64,000 bases of DNA, from assembly GCF_963921235.1 (NCBI RefSeq), contig NC_086097.1, positions 187,304,001-187,368,000 of the forward strand, read 5' to 3'. A program made the position numbers and the translations under genes. The notes below the pieces were generated by a model. It saw only the letters and a list, made by a program, of their open reading frames with translations, was not told where the DNA came from and searched no databases. This DNA comes from Mobula hypostoma (taxonomy: Eukaryota). How positions within the stretch are numbered: position 1 is the stretch's first letter; each line of letters begins with the position of its first letter. Shown here in pieces: positions 24,623 through 37,364 of the stretch.

Positions 24623-25229
24623 TGGAAGACACTGCTGAACATCCACCCACCTTCCGTACTTCCCTTGATGATTTTAATCTTCCTCGGCACTTTAACTGGT
24701 GAGATTGCTATAAATGGAGATGATCATGGGCTCCAGATTACTTAGCTCTCGAGACCACACATTTTGCTCGAAGCCTCACGGAACCCTCTTGGATATTATG
24801 GGTGATGATGGCTTTGACCTCCGTCATGAAGAAGTACAGGCACCAATGTGAGGTTATGCTCAACATCTCATTCGACCTGTAAGGACCAGTTTAAGGAAGA
24901 TCAGCCCACATAGACATCACAACTCTGAGCAGTCTACTTAGGAGACCGGCTCCTTGTAAAGGTTGGATGGATAATACCTTTGGTGCTGGGCCCCTCCAAA
25001 CCTCCTGTAACATACTCCCTTTGTGTTCCTGTAGCATCTCGGAGCCCTCTGCAGCATATCCCTGTCATTCATTAAGAAGAGTGAGAGGACTAAACACGAA
25101 CCCATCGAAAGTCAATTTTGCTCACAGTTTGAAAATGTAGGGAATGTTTAACTTTTGATGTGAGATATGTAGTAGACTAAGCTATTGGTCTTCAGGATAA
25201 TGAATCTGCTGCAGAGGTTTTCAGCTAAA

Positions 25230-27615
25230 GGTAGTGGTGTGCATCCCACTTCAGGACTGTGTTGAACAGGCTCTAAACGAACTGAGCAACACAATAAACA
25301 GGCATGAAACAGCTAACTCTGATGCTTTCGCCATCATTTTGGGGTATTTTAATGAGGCCAGCATGAAAAAGTCTCTAAATAGTTATTACAAACATATCTC
25401 TTGTGGAGAAAGAGGAGCCAACACATTGGACCACTGTGTCATCCCACACCCACACTTTGGAAAGTCTGATCACCTGCCTGTACTTCTACTCCCTGAATGT
25501 TGGCAGAGACTGAAGACTGCAGCACCAGTAGTGAGGATCAAGAAGATATGGACAAGGGAAGTGCAGGAGCACTTACAGGACAGCTTTGAATCGGTGGACA
25601 GGACAGTATTCAGGAATTCATCTTCAAGTCTGAATGAGTACGCCACAGTTGTCACTGACTTCATGAAAAACTGAGTGCATTAGTGTGTACCCATGAGAAC
25701 ATACATTGTATATACCGGAATCAAAACCAATGGATGAACCAAGAGGTTCATAGTCTGCTGAGAGGAGACCTGTGGCATTCAAGTCTGGTGAACCAGGACT
25801 GTACAAGAAGACCAGGTATGACTTCTGGAGGGCTATCTCAAGAGCAAAGGAACAATCCTCAATGAGGTTAGAGGTGGAAGCAGATGCACATCAACTCTGG
25901 CAAGGTTTGCAGGCTATTACTTCGGACAAAAGCAAAACCTAAATGAATGGCAGTGACGCTTCACTCCCAAATGAGCTTAACGCCTTTCATGCATGCATTG
26001 AAAGGAAGAATAAAGCTACAGCAATGAGGATCCCTGCAGCACCCGGTGACCCTGTGATCTCTGTCTCAGAGGCCGACATCAGATTGTCTTCCAAGACGGT
26101 GAACGCTCACAAGGTGACAGACCCCGATGGAGTATCTCGAAGGGCTCTGAAACTGAAAATCTGTGCTAATCAACTGCTGGGTGTGTTGAAAGACATTTTC
26201 AATCTCTCATTGCTACAGATAGAAGTTTCCACCTGCTTCAAAAGGGCAACAATCATACCAGTACTCAAGAAGAGCAGAGTAAGTTGCCTTAACAACTATT
26301 GTCCAGTAGCACTCACATCTACAGTGATTAAGTGCTTTGAGAGGTTGCTTATGGCCAGAATCAACTCCTGTCTCAGCAAGGACCTGAACCCAAAGCAATT
26401 TGCCTATCACCACAATAGGTCTACAATGAGTGCAATCTCATTGGTTCTTCACGCAGTTTTGGATCACCTGGACAATACTAACACTTATATCAGGATGCTG
26501 CTTATTGACTCAGTTCAGTGTTTAACACAATCATTCCTACAGTTCTGATCAAAAAACTCCAAAATCTGTGCTTTTGTACATTCCTCTGCAACTGGATCCT
26601 CGACTTCCTCACCAGAAGCCCACAGTCTGTGTGGATCGAAAACAAAATCTCCACCTCATTTATAATCAACACTGGCGCACCTGAGGGATGTGTGCTTAGC
26701 CCACTGCTCTACTCTCTCTACAACCATTACTGTGTGGCTAGGCACAGCTCAAATGATATCTACAAATTTGCTGATGACACAACTATTAGCAAAGTTCACG
26801 TGGTGATGAGAAGGTGCACAGGAGCGAAATACCTCAGCTAATTGAGTGGTGTCACAGTAATAACCTTGCATTCAATGTCAGTAAGACCAAAGAATTGATT
26901 GAAAACTTCAGAAAGGCTAAGATAAGGGAAAACACTCCAGTCCTGATCGAGAGATCAGAAGTGGATAGGGTGAGCAATTTCAAGATCCTGGGTGACAATA
27001 TCTCTGAGGATCCGTTCTAAGCCCAACATATTAACGCAGTTACGAAGAAGGCATGACAACGGCTATATTTCATTAGGGGTTTGAGGAGATTTGGTTTGTC
27101 ACCAAAGAAACTTTCAAGTTTCTACAGATAATCCGTGGAGAGCATTATAAATGGCCGCATCACCGTCTGGTATGGGTGGGGGAGGGGACGGCACAGGATC
27201 AAAAGAGGCTGCAGAAAAGTGTGAACTCAGTCAGTTCCATCATGGACACTAGCCTCCATAGCATCTAGGACATCTTTCAGGAGCGTTGACTCAAAAGGGG
27301 GGCATCCATCATTAAGGACATGCCCTCTTCTCATTGCTGCCATCAGGAGGGAGGTACAGGAGATTAAAGGCACACACTCAATGATTCAAGAACAGCTTCT
27401 TCCACTCTGCCAGCCAATTTCTGAATAGACATTGAACCCATCAACACTACCTTACCACTTTTTTGCACTACTTAACTATTTAACTATTTAATATAGTTAT
27501 ATACACATACTGTAGTTTACAGGTTTTATTATTATGTATTGCATTGTCCTGCTGCTGCAAAGACAACAGCATTCACAACATAGGCCGGTGATATTAAACC
27601 TGATTCTGATTCTGT
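25230..27615 (+). mobile_element. Decayed Rex1/Babar-like LINE (APE endonuclease end, RT, 3' UTR)
   Basis: RGANTLDHC..HFGKSDH (APE), [38 protein letters not shown]; tail attaaacctgattctgattct. Confidence 0.92.
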
Positions 27616-28597
27616 ACAGCATCATGACTTGAAATATAGTCTTAGTGTGATTGGCCTTTTATGTAACTTTGTTTTGGAGCAATCAAATCCTCAAAGCCTA
27701 ATTGCTCTGAATAAACAATTACTCAAGTGAGATTTCTGGGAGAAAGAAGTGCTTACAAATGCAAAAGGAGACAATTTTATCGACAGGTATGACATGCATA
27801 AATGTGTGCAATATTACTCTGCTCCACAGTGCTGTGATACTTGACAGCACCAGATTGTTATTATTTCAAAATGGCATGAAGAAATACACTCTGGTGCTAT
27901 TGAGGATTTCAAAGCCTGATGAAATAACAACAAATAATTTCTTAAACTGAAGTAGTTTAAGTGACCAAAATATGTGAAGGGCAAGTTACAAAGAGAATAA
28001 TATATCACAAGGCAGTAAAATGTTCAACGATGTTCAGAATAAACTTTGTCCGTATTACCCTGAGGGAATGGATAGATAAAGGATTGGATAGTTGAAATAA
28101 TCAACGTGAAGGAATTGTTCCATCGATCTTTTATCACGAAAGAAAACTTAAACTTTTATTTCTAAAATTGACTCCCTTCTTGAGGACCAATAAGAAATAC
28201 TGTGCTCCAAAGTAGCAATTGCCAACATAGCACTGGAAGGGATCACATGCTGCAGTTCCATTTATTTAATTGCCTTTAATCTTTAATCAATGCTTTCAGC
28301 CTGAATATACTGCACTACTAAGCACGATAATGAAGTAGTTTCAGACAGCCACAATTCTTAAAGTAATAGACTTCTCAATAAGATTGGGAAAAAGAGCGTA
28401 CAAATCACAATTAAGGCCAATCTAAGAAAAACTGATACCACAACATCGAGATTACAAAGGTGGATGGGTGACAGGGAGAAGAAGCAGTTTATCAGAAGTC
28501 ATCTCTAAATATTTGGGTTGCTAAGAGGCATTTGGATTACTTTAAGAGGCATAGGCACAAGCACGTAAAAATGCAGGAAATTGAGTGATACGAATTA

Positions 28598-31500
28598 CAG
28601 AAACATAGAAACATAAAAAAACCTACAGTACAATACAGGCCCTTCGGCCCACAAAGCTGAGTCGAACATGTCCCTACCTTAGAAATTACCTAGGGTTACC
28701 CATAGACCCTCTGTTTTTCTGAGCTCCATGTACCTGTACAGGGGTCTCTTTAAAGACCCTATCCTATCTGCCTCCACCACCATCGCTGGCAACCCATTCC
28801 ACCACTCTCTGCATAGAAAGAATACCCCTGACATCTCCTCTGTGCCTAGTTCCAAGTATCTTAAAACTGTGCCCTCTCATGCTAGTCATTTCAGCCCTGG
28901 GAAAAAGCCTCTAACGATCCACACGATCAATACCTCTCATCATCTTGTACAGCTCTATCAGGTCACTTCTCGTCCTCCATCGCTCCAAGGAAAAAAGGCT
29001 GAGTTCACTCAACCTATTCTCATAAGGCATGCTCTCCCATCCAGGCAACCTCCTTGTAAATCTCCCCTGCACCCTTTCTATGGTTTCCACATCCTTCTTG
29101 TACGTGAGGTGACCAGAACTCAGCACAGTGCTCCAAATGGGGTCTGACCAGGGTCCTATATACCTGCAACATTACCTCTCGGCTCCTGAACTCAATCCCA
29201 CGTTTGATGAAGGCCAATGCACCGTATGCTTTCTTAACCACAGAGTCAAACTATGGACTTGGACCCCAAGATCCTTCTGATCCTCCACACTGCCAAGAGT
29301 CTTACCATTAATACTATATTCTGACATCATATTTGCCCTACCAGAATGAACCACCTCACACTTATCTGGGTTGAACTCCATCTGCCACTTCTCAGCCCAG
29401 TTTTGCATCCTATGAATGTCCTGCTGTAAACTCTGACAGCCCTCCACAATATCCACAGCACCCCCAACCTTTGTGTCATAAGCAAATTTACTAACCCATC
29501 CCTCACTTCCTCATCCAGGTCATTTATAAAAATCACAAAGAGTATGGGTCCCAGAACAGATCCCTGAGGCACACCATTGGTCACCACCCTCCATGCAGAA
29601 TGTGACCTATCTACGACCACTCTTTGCCTTCTGTGGGCAAGCCGCTTCTGGATCCAAAAAGCAATGTCCCCTTGGATCCCTTGCCTGCTTACTTTCTCAA
29701 TGAACCTTGCATGGGGTGCCTTGTCAAATACCTTGCTGAAATCCATACACACTACACCTGCTGTTCTACCTTCATCAACGTGTTTAGTCACATCCTCAAA
29801 GAATTGAATCAGGCTCGTAAGGCACAATTTGCCTTTCACAAAGCCATGCTAACTATTCCTAATCATATTATACCTCTCCAAATTTTCATAAATCTTGAAG
29901 CAAAGTACTCATTAAGTACCTCTGCTTTCTCCTCCAGTTCCATACACACTTTTCCACTGTCACACTTGACTGGTCCTATTCTCTCACGTCTTATCCTCTT
30001 GGTCTTCACATACTTGTGGAATGCCTTGGGGTTTTCCTTAATCCTGTCCAGCAAGGCCTTCTCATGGCCCCTTCTGGCTCTCCTAATTTCATTTTTAAGC
30101 TCCTTCCTGCTTGCCTTATAATCTAGATCTCTATGATTACCCAGATTTTTGAATCTTTCATAAGCTCTTCTTTTTTTCCTGATCATATTTACATCAACCT
30201 TTGTACACCACGGTTCCTGTACCCTCCCATCCTTTCCCTGCCTCATTGAAATGTACCTATGCAGAACTCCACGCAAATGTCCCCTGAACATTTGTCACAT
30301 TTCTTCCGTACATTTCCTTAAGAACATCTGTTCTCCATTAATGCTTCTAAGTTCCTGCCTGATAGCCTCATATTTCCCCTTACACTTTCCTAACTTGTCT
30401 GTTCCTATCCCTTTCCAATGCTATGGTAGATAGAATTGTGATCACTATCTCCAAAATGCTCTCCCACTGAGAGACCTGACACCTGACTAGGTTCATTTCC
30501 CAATACCAGATCAAGTACAGCCTCTCCTCTTGTAGGCTTATCTACATATTGTGTCAGGAAACCTTCCGGAACACACCTAACAAACTCTACCCTACCTAAA
30601 CCCCTCACTCAAGGGAGATGCCAATCGATATTTGGGAAATTAAAATCTCCCACCACGACACCCCTGTTATTATTACACCCTTCCAGAATCTGTCTCCCTG
30701 TCTGCTCCTCGATGTCCCTGTTACTATTGGGTGGTCTATGAAAAACACACAGCAGTGTTATTGACCCCTTACCTGGTTCGAACTTCCATCCACAGACACT
30801 CAGTAGACAATCCCTCCATGACTTCCTCCTTTTCTGCAGTCAGGACACTATCTCTGATCAGCAGTGCCATGCCCCACCTCTTTTGCCTCCCTCTCTGTCC
30901 TTTCTGAAACATCTAAAGCCTGGCACTTTAAGTGACCATTCCTGCTCCTGAGCCATCCAAGTCTCTGTAATGGCCACAACACCATAACACCAAGTACTGA
31001 TGCATGCACTAAGCTTATCCGCTTTGTTCATAATACTACTTGCATTAAACTAGACACATCTCAAACCATCTGTCTGAGCGTGTCCCTTCTCTATTACCTG
31101 CCTGTCCTCCCTCTCGCACTGTCTCCAAGCTTTCTCTATTTGTGAGCCAACTGCCTCTTCTTCTGTCTCTTCAGTTCGTTTCCCAACTCCCAGCAATTCT
31201 AGTTTAAAATCTCTCCAATAGCCTTAGCAAATCTCCCTGCCAGAATATTGGTCCCCCAGGATTCAAGTGCAACCTGTCCTTTTTGTACAGGTCACACCTG
31301 CCCCAGAAGAGGTCCCAATGAATTAGAAATCTGAATCCCATCCCCCTGCTCCAATACCTCAGCCAAGCATTTATCCTCCACCTCACTCTATTCCTATACT
31401 CACTGTTACGTGACACAGGCAGTAATCCTGAGATGATTACCTTCGTGGTCCTGCTTCTCAACTTCCTTCCTAACTCCCTGTAGTCTGCATTCAGGGCCTG

Positions 31501-31875
31501 CTCCCTTTTCCTGCCTATGTTGTTGGTACCAATATGTACCATCATCTCCAGCTGTTCGCCTTCACACTTCAGGATATCGTGGATGCAATCAGAAACATCC
31601 TGGATCCTGGCAGCTGGGAGGCAACCTACCATCCGTGCTTCTTTCCTGCATCCACAGTATCGCCTGTCTGACCCCCTAACTATAGAGTCCCCTATTACTG
31701 TTGCCATCCTCTTCCTTTCCCTACCCTTCTGAGCCACAGGGCCAGACTCTGTGACAGAGGTGTAGCCACTGTTGCTTCTCCCAGGTAGGCCGCCCCCCCC
31801 CCCAACAGTACTCAAGCAGGAGTACCTATTGTCAAGGGGTACAATAACAGGGGTGCTCTCTAGCATCTGACTCCT
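28598..31875 (-). mobile_element. Long decayed CR1 LINE with ORF1 (SGNH/GDSL esterase) and internally deleted ORF2
   Basis: ORF2 relics [38 protein letters not shown]; catagaaa tail at the left end. Confidence 0.92.
31204..31866 (-). pseudogene. CR1 ORF1 SGNH-hydrolase (esterase) domain
   Basis: VIGDSIVRG, CLPAARIQDV, VHIGTNNIG, IISGLLP, LYKKDRLHLN match SGNH blocks known from vertebrate CR1 ORF1. Confidence 0.85.
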
Positions 31876-31927
31876 GATGTGTAGGTAGATTATGTGTATG
31901 TAGGCAGCTTTGGATTAATTTAGTATT

Positions 31928-33095
31928 GGAACATAAGAACATAAGAAATAGGAGCAGGAGTTGGCCATCTGGCCCATCGAGCCTGCTCTGCCATTCAATA
32001 AGATCATTGTCAATCTTGCCATGGACTCATCTCCACCTTTTCCCCATAATCCTTAATTCCCCTACTATGCAAAAATCTATCCAATTTAGGCTTAAATATG
32101 TTTACCGAGGTAACCTCCACTGCTTCATTGGGCAGAGAATTCCACAGATCCACCACTCTCTGGGAGAAGCAGTTTCTCCCCAGCTCCATCCTAAATTTAC
32201 TTCCCCAAATCTTGAGGCTATGGCCCATAGTTCTAGTCTTGCCTATCCATGGAAACAACTTTCCTGCCTCTACCTTATCTATCCCTTTCATAATTTTATA
32301 TGTTTCTATAAGATCTCCTGTCATTCTTCTGAATTCCAGCGAGTACAGCCCCAGGTGACTCAATCTCTCCTCATAGTCTAATCCCCTCATCTCCGGAATC
32401 AACCTGGTGAACTCCTCTGCACAGCCTCCAAAGCCAGTATATCCTTCCTCAAGTAAGAAGACTAGAACTGCACGCGATATTCCAGGTACGGCCTCACCAG
32501 TACCCTATACAGTTACAGCATAACTTCCCTGCTCTTAAATTCAATCCCTCTAACAATGAACGCCAACATCCCATTTGCCTTCTTGATAGCCTGCTGCACC
32601 TGTAAACCAACTTTTTGTGATTCATGCACAGGCACTCCCAAGATCCTCTACACAGCAGCATGCTACAATTTTTTACCATTTAAATAATAAGCTGCTTTTT
32701 CATTTTCCTTCCAAAGTGGATGGCCACGCACTTACCAACATTGTATTCCATCTGCCAGACCCTTGCCCGCTCACTTAACCTAACTATATCTCTCTGCAGA
32801 CTCTCTGTACCTTCTGCACAATTTACTTTTCCACTCAATTTAGTGTCATCAGCAAAGTTAAATACACTACACTCGGTGCCCTCTTCCAGTTCATTGATGT
32901 ATATCGTGATCAGTTGTGAGCCCAGCACCAACCCCGCGGCATACCACTCACTACTGATTGCCAACCAGAGTAACACGTAAGTATCCCAACCCTCAACTTT
33001 CTATTAATTAACCAATCCTCTATCCATGCTAATGCATCATCCTCAACTCTATACATCCTTATCCTATAGGTAAGCCTTTTATGCGGCACCTTAAA
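31928..33095 (-). mobile_element. 5'-truncated CR1 (RT C-terminal half and 3' UTR)
   Basis: FADDTKLSG, WQMEYNVGKC, RRMTGDLIETYKI; tail gaacataagaacataag. Confidence 0.9.
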
Positions 33096-33479
33096 ATATT
33101 GTGGTTAGCACAGACACCAGTCTGTTCCTCTGCTGTTCGTTTCTGTGTTATATGTTCTTATTCAGCTCTCACTAAGTCTCATAGGCCTAATCTTCTGGGC
33201 CATTATTTCATATTGTGTAACCACTGAGAGTTCACCTTACTCCTTCACGCTTCATAATGTTATTCTTGGTCAGTAATAGCAAGGTTTAAACTGGACAGCA
33301 AATGTTTTTGAAAGTTTTGCTTCATCAGAATTTTTTTTGGTTTACTATCGTGTGAACTGCTTGAAGCTGGACACAAATATAAATTCAGACTATTTGTATC
33401 ACGTGGGAATTTGGAGAAATAAGGAATTAACTTTTATTGAATATAATCCATTTAATTGAATAATGGTGCTGATGCTTTG

Positions 33480-34680
33480 TAATAGTTCAACTAAGATAAA
33501 AATGTTGTTGTGACTTCCCGCTTTAAGAGTTCAACAATAATCATCTAGCATTGATGGATTCCAGTTGCCCTGATACTGCTTCTCCATTCCTGCATGTCCT
33601 AGTTAAACCTTTCACCATGCTCGTCACTGACAGCACCAAGATTTGCAGGGAAGAAGTCAAACTGGGAATGCAGGAAGTGAATCACTAGTAATATGTTGCA
33701 CTTCATGGTTTTGTGTACTTGAAGCATGTTGTCAACCAGCTGTGTGTAGTTTGGTGCTTCATGGATGCCAGACAAATTTTGACAACATCCTTGAATGCCT
33801 TCCATGCAATTTTCTCCAGTCCCCCTAGAAGTTCTTTGAATTGCCTGTCATTGATGACCATTTGATTTACGGACCAACAAAAATGCTTTCTTTAATCTTG
33901 GCATCAGTTATTCTGGGAAAAATCTGTCTCAAATATTGAAATCCTTCAGGGAAATTTTTGTGCCTGGTGACAGCAGATTCCATCTGTGCAGTCTTGAACA
34001 AAGTAATTCTGCTTTTGCCTTTGACAAACCCAAGTCAATGACCAGGTAATTTAGCTCAGATTGAGCCTCACTCAACATAAAGTGTTCAGAATCTGTATCA
34101 GTATCAGTGTCGTTTTCCATTCCTGGCTCGTGCATCATGGCATCTTTGTCTGCCTTCTCTAGATTCCATGGCTCTTTATGATTTGGTACAGGAAGAGAAT
34201 TGTCATGTGGGACAGGTCTCATGGCTGAAAGGAGATTGAGGTATTCAATGCATTTCTTGTTTTTAGCAGAAAAACCAGACCCACTGGTCAGACAGAAGTA
34301 GCACTCTGTCACATGATTCTTTTGCTCTCACCATATCATCAGGACAGCAAATGGCATTGACTCCTGAGTGCTGCTGAGCCAAGATCTAAGACAGATGTGA
34401 GGAGCCCAGGCTTTGTCTTGGTCGCCAATTTTACACCGAAGGCAGAGCTAATAGGCTTTCTTAGTAAGAGGAGTCAAGCTCCACCTTTGAGATTTAAGTC
34501 TATACTTGCCAAAAATATAACAGAGAGCATCACGGTTGTTGATAGAGTGTTATGAGGCAGGGAAATTCTAGTCAGCTTCTAGAGTAGGTTACATGGTTCG
34601 CACAACATTATGGGCTGAAGGGCCTGTAATGTGCTGTAGATTTTCTACATTCTGTGAAACACCGGTGAGACATTTTGCTA
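33480..34680 (-). mobile_element. Decayed DNA transposase relic, probably Chapaev3 (CMC superfamily)
   Basis: Minus-strand motifs KIGDQDKAWAPHI, ECYFCLT..YLNLLSAMRPVPH, DLGLSKAKAELLCSRL, IHFLHSQFDFFPANLGAVSDEHGERF; a CR1 tail is inserted at about 34575-34655. Confidence 0.7.
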
Positions 34681-34784
34681 TCACAATACTCCTGAAAATA
34701 TAATTAATTTATTATAATGAATATACACAATATGCTGTGCACATACAGGATTGTGAATTAAATATCCAAGTATATCAGGTAATA

Positions 34785-36500
34785 TGGATGGACAGGCAGG
34801 GAGGTAAGGGAGGTGGGGTAGCACTCTTAATTAAAGATGAGATCAGGGCGATAGTGAGAGACGATTTAAGATCTAAGGAGCAGAATGTTAATCCATCTGG
34901 GTAGAGATTAGGAATAGTAAAGTGAAAAAAATCACTGGTGGGAGTTGTCTATCAGCCACCAAATAGTAACATCACAGTGGCACAGACAATAAACTGAGAA
35001 ATATCTGAGGCATGTAAGAACGGAACAGCAGCTATCATGGGGGACTAATTTACACATAGGTGGGGTGAATCAAGTTGGTCAAGGCAGTCTTGAGGAGGAC
35101 TTCATGGAGTGCATATAGCTTGAGCTAAAACCAGTGTATTATGCCTAAACAAGGGAGACAACAATGGGATAAGGAGGAGTTGGATAGAGTAGACTAGGAA
35201 CACAGGCTATATATGGTGGGACAGTTGAGGAACAATGGAAGACTTTCAAAGAGATTTTTTATGGTGCTGAACAAAAGTATATTCCAGTTAAAAGCAAGGA
35301 CTGTAAGGATGGGGAGAGCCAGCCATGGATAACTAAGGTAGGCATCAAACTAATAGCTCATGTGTACAAAGTCACCAAGAGTAGTGGGAAACTAGAAGAC
35401 TGGAAAACTTTAAAAAGCAACAAAGGACCACTGAGGAAGCAATGAAGGAAGGGAAGATAGGTTATGAAAATAAACTAGCACAAAATATAAAAACAGATAG
35501 TAAATTTTTTAATAATTATATAAAGAGAAAACAGGTGGCCAAAGTGAATGTAGGTCCCTTGGGGAACGAGAGGGGGAATTGAGTTTGTGTAATGAGGAAA
35601 TGGTCAATGCTTTGAATGACTATTTTGTGTCGGTCTTCAGGGTGGAGAACACGTCTAACATGCTGAAGAGAGAAGAATTGGATGCGATGAGAGGTAAGGA
35701 CCTCAATACAATAGCTATCACTAAAGAGGTTGTGCTAAGCAAATGCGCGGGCCTAAAGATAGACAAGTCCCCTGGTCCTGATGGAATGCATTCCAAGATA
35801 CTGAAAGAAATGGCAGAAGTTATATTTGAGGCTTTGGTGATAATTTATCAAAGTTACGTTGGGCACGTGGCCAAGTGGATAAGGCGTTCGTCCAGTTACC
35901 TCATGGTTGCTAGTTCGAGCCTCAGCCGTGGCAGCATGTTTGCATCCTTGAGCAAGGCACTTGATCACACATTGCTCTAGTCTGTGCGAGGAGTGACACC
36001 CCACACAGACTTCCAATCTGCACCTTGTAAGGCATGAAAACACCTGATGCAGGCCTCTCATGATCTGAGACGAAGTTCCCTCCCCTCCCCTTCCCTCCCC
36101 TATCAAAATTCTCTGGATTCTAGGGAGATACCGGCAGATTGGAAGAAGGTGAATGTCATGCCACTGTTTAAAAAAGGATGTAGGCAGAAGGTAGGTAACT
36201 ACAGTTAGTTTAATATCTGTAGTTGGGAAAATGCTTGAAGCTATCATTAGAGAAGAAATAGTGAGGCATCTGGAAAGAAATGGATCCATTAAGAATCCAG
36301 CATGCAATCAGCAAGGGCAGATACTGTTTGACAAAGTTACTTTAATTCTTTGAACATATAACAAGCATAGAGGATAGAGGAGGACAGAAGGACGTTACTT
36401 ACATGTATTTCCAGAAGGTGTTCAATAAGGTGCCACATGAAAGACTTACCCATGAGATAAGGATGCATGGAGTTGGGGATGATGTATTAGCATGGAATAT
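34785..36500 (+). mobile_element. Decayed CR1 ORF2 (EN, linker, RT start), interrupted by a SINE
   Basis: GGGVALLIKD, LKIDKSPGPDGMH, WKKVNVMPLFKKG, FQKVFNKVPH relics. Confidence 0.85.
35853..36100 (+). mobile_element. tRNA-derived SINE
   Basis: A box TGGCCAAGTGG (35868), B box AGTTCGAGCC (35911), (TCCCC)n tail, TSD TATCAAA (35846-35852, 36101-36107). Confidence 0.88.
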
Positions 36501-37364
36501 TAAAGGCACTAACCTTTTTTCTCTGTAGAATAGACATACTGCACAACCTTTCTGCTGCTTTTAGCAGAGGTTATCTCATGCAGATCACTCTTACTTGAAT
36601 GAATTCAATAATGGTCGAGCCTCTCCAAAATCGCCAAATGACTCCTTCTGGTTCCTGTCTTCACTCTCCAATATTACTGAAAAGGTACATCAACAAATCT
36701 GGCAGCTATTGGTGAAACAGCCGGACCAACACTTCTGTACCTTACAATAGACAGTAAAATTCCGTTTTAAAATTAAACTGCGTCATGAGATTAATAAGCA
36801 GCATAGTGGAGTATCTGACTGACGATCTAAATGAAAACTAACTGCGTCACCAGGGGCCTCCCTTTTATAAGTGGGAAGATGGCGGTGCGATGCAGCGTGC
36901 GCAGCCGTTCTGAATGATATCGTATGTGAAACTAGGGGGCTGTGCATGATCCAGATTTGATGGAGACAGCCGTGAGAAGCACGGAGGAACACCTGGAGTA
37001 ACTTCCGAAATGTCTACTTCGCTGCCGCTGCTACTGTGCGATCGAGAATCTCCGTAGACGAAGGCCCTAAATCCTCCGCTTTGCCTATTGCCTGTTACCG
37101 GGGCTTTGGTCGAAGTGCTTGGCGGAGATAGTGCCCAGTGCTCAGTGTTGGAGAGCTGGTCGGAGGCTCGGAGTTTTTGGACGGACTCAGAGTCGGACTG
37201 TGGTCGGATGCTTTCAGTATGCTGCATTGGCAAATTGGTGGCACTGGAGGTTTACCATCTGCATGAGATAATGGGACTTTTGAGAGGCTTTGAGACTTTT
37301 ACCATGCCATGGTCTGTTCTTATCAAATTACGGTATTGCTTTGCACTGTTGTAACTATATGTTA

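Noticed and set aside
24408..24745. Several ORFs with ER/SL repeats
   Set aside because: Produced by the (GA)n microsatellite
35861..35935. tRNA gene (also 50105-50177)
   Set aside because: A/B boxes continue into SINE body and tail; no convincing cloverleaf; the first copy has a TSD
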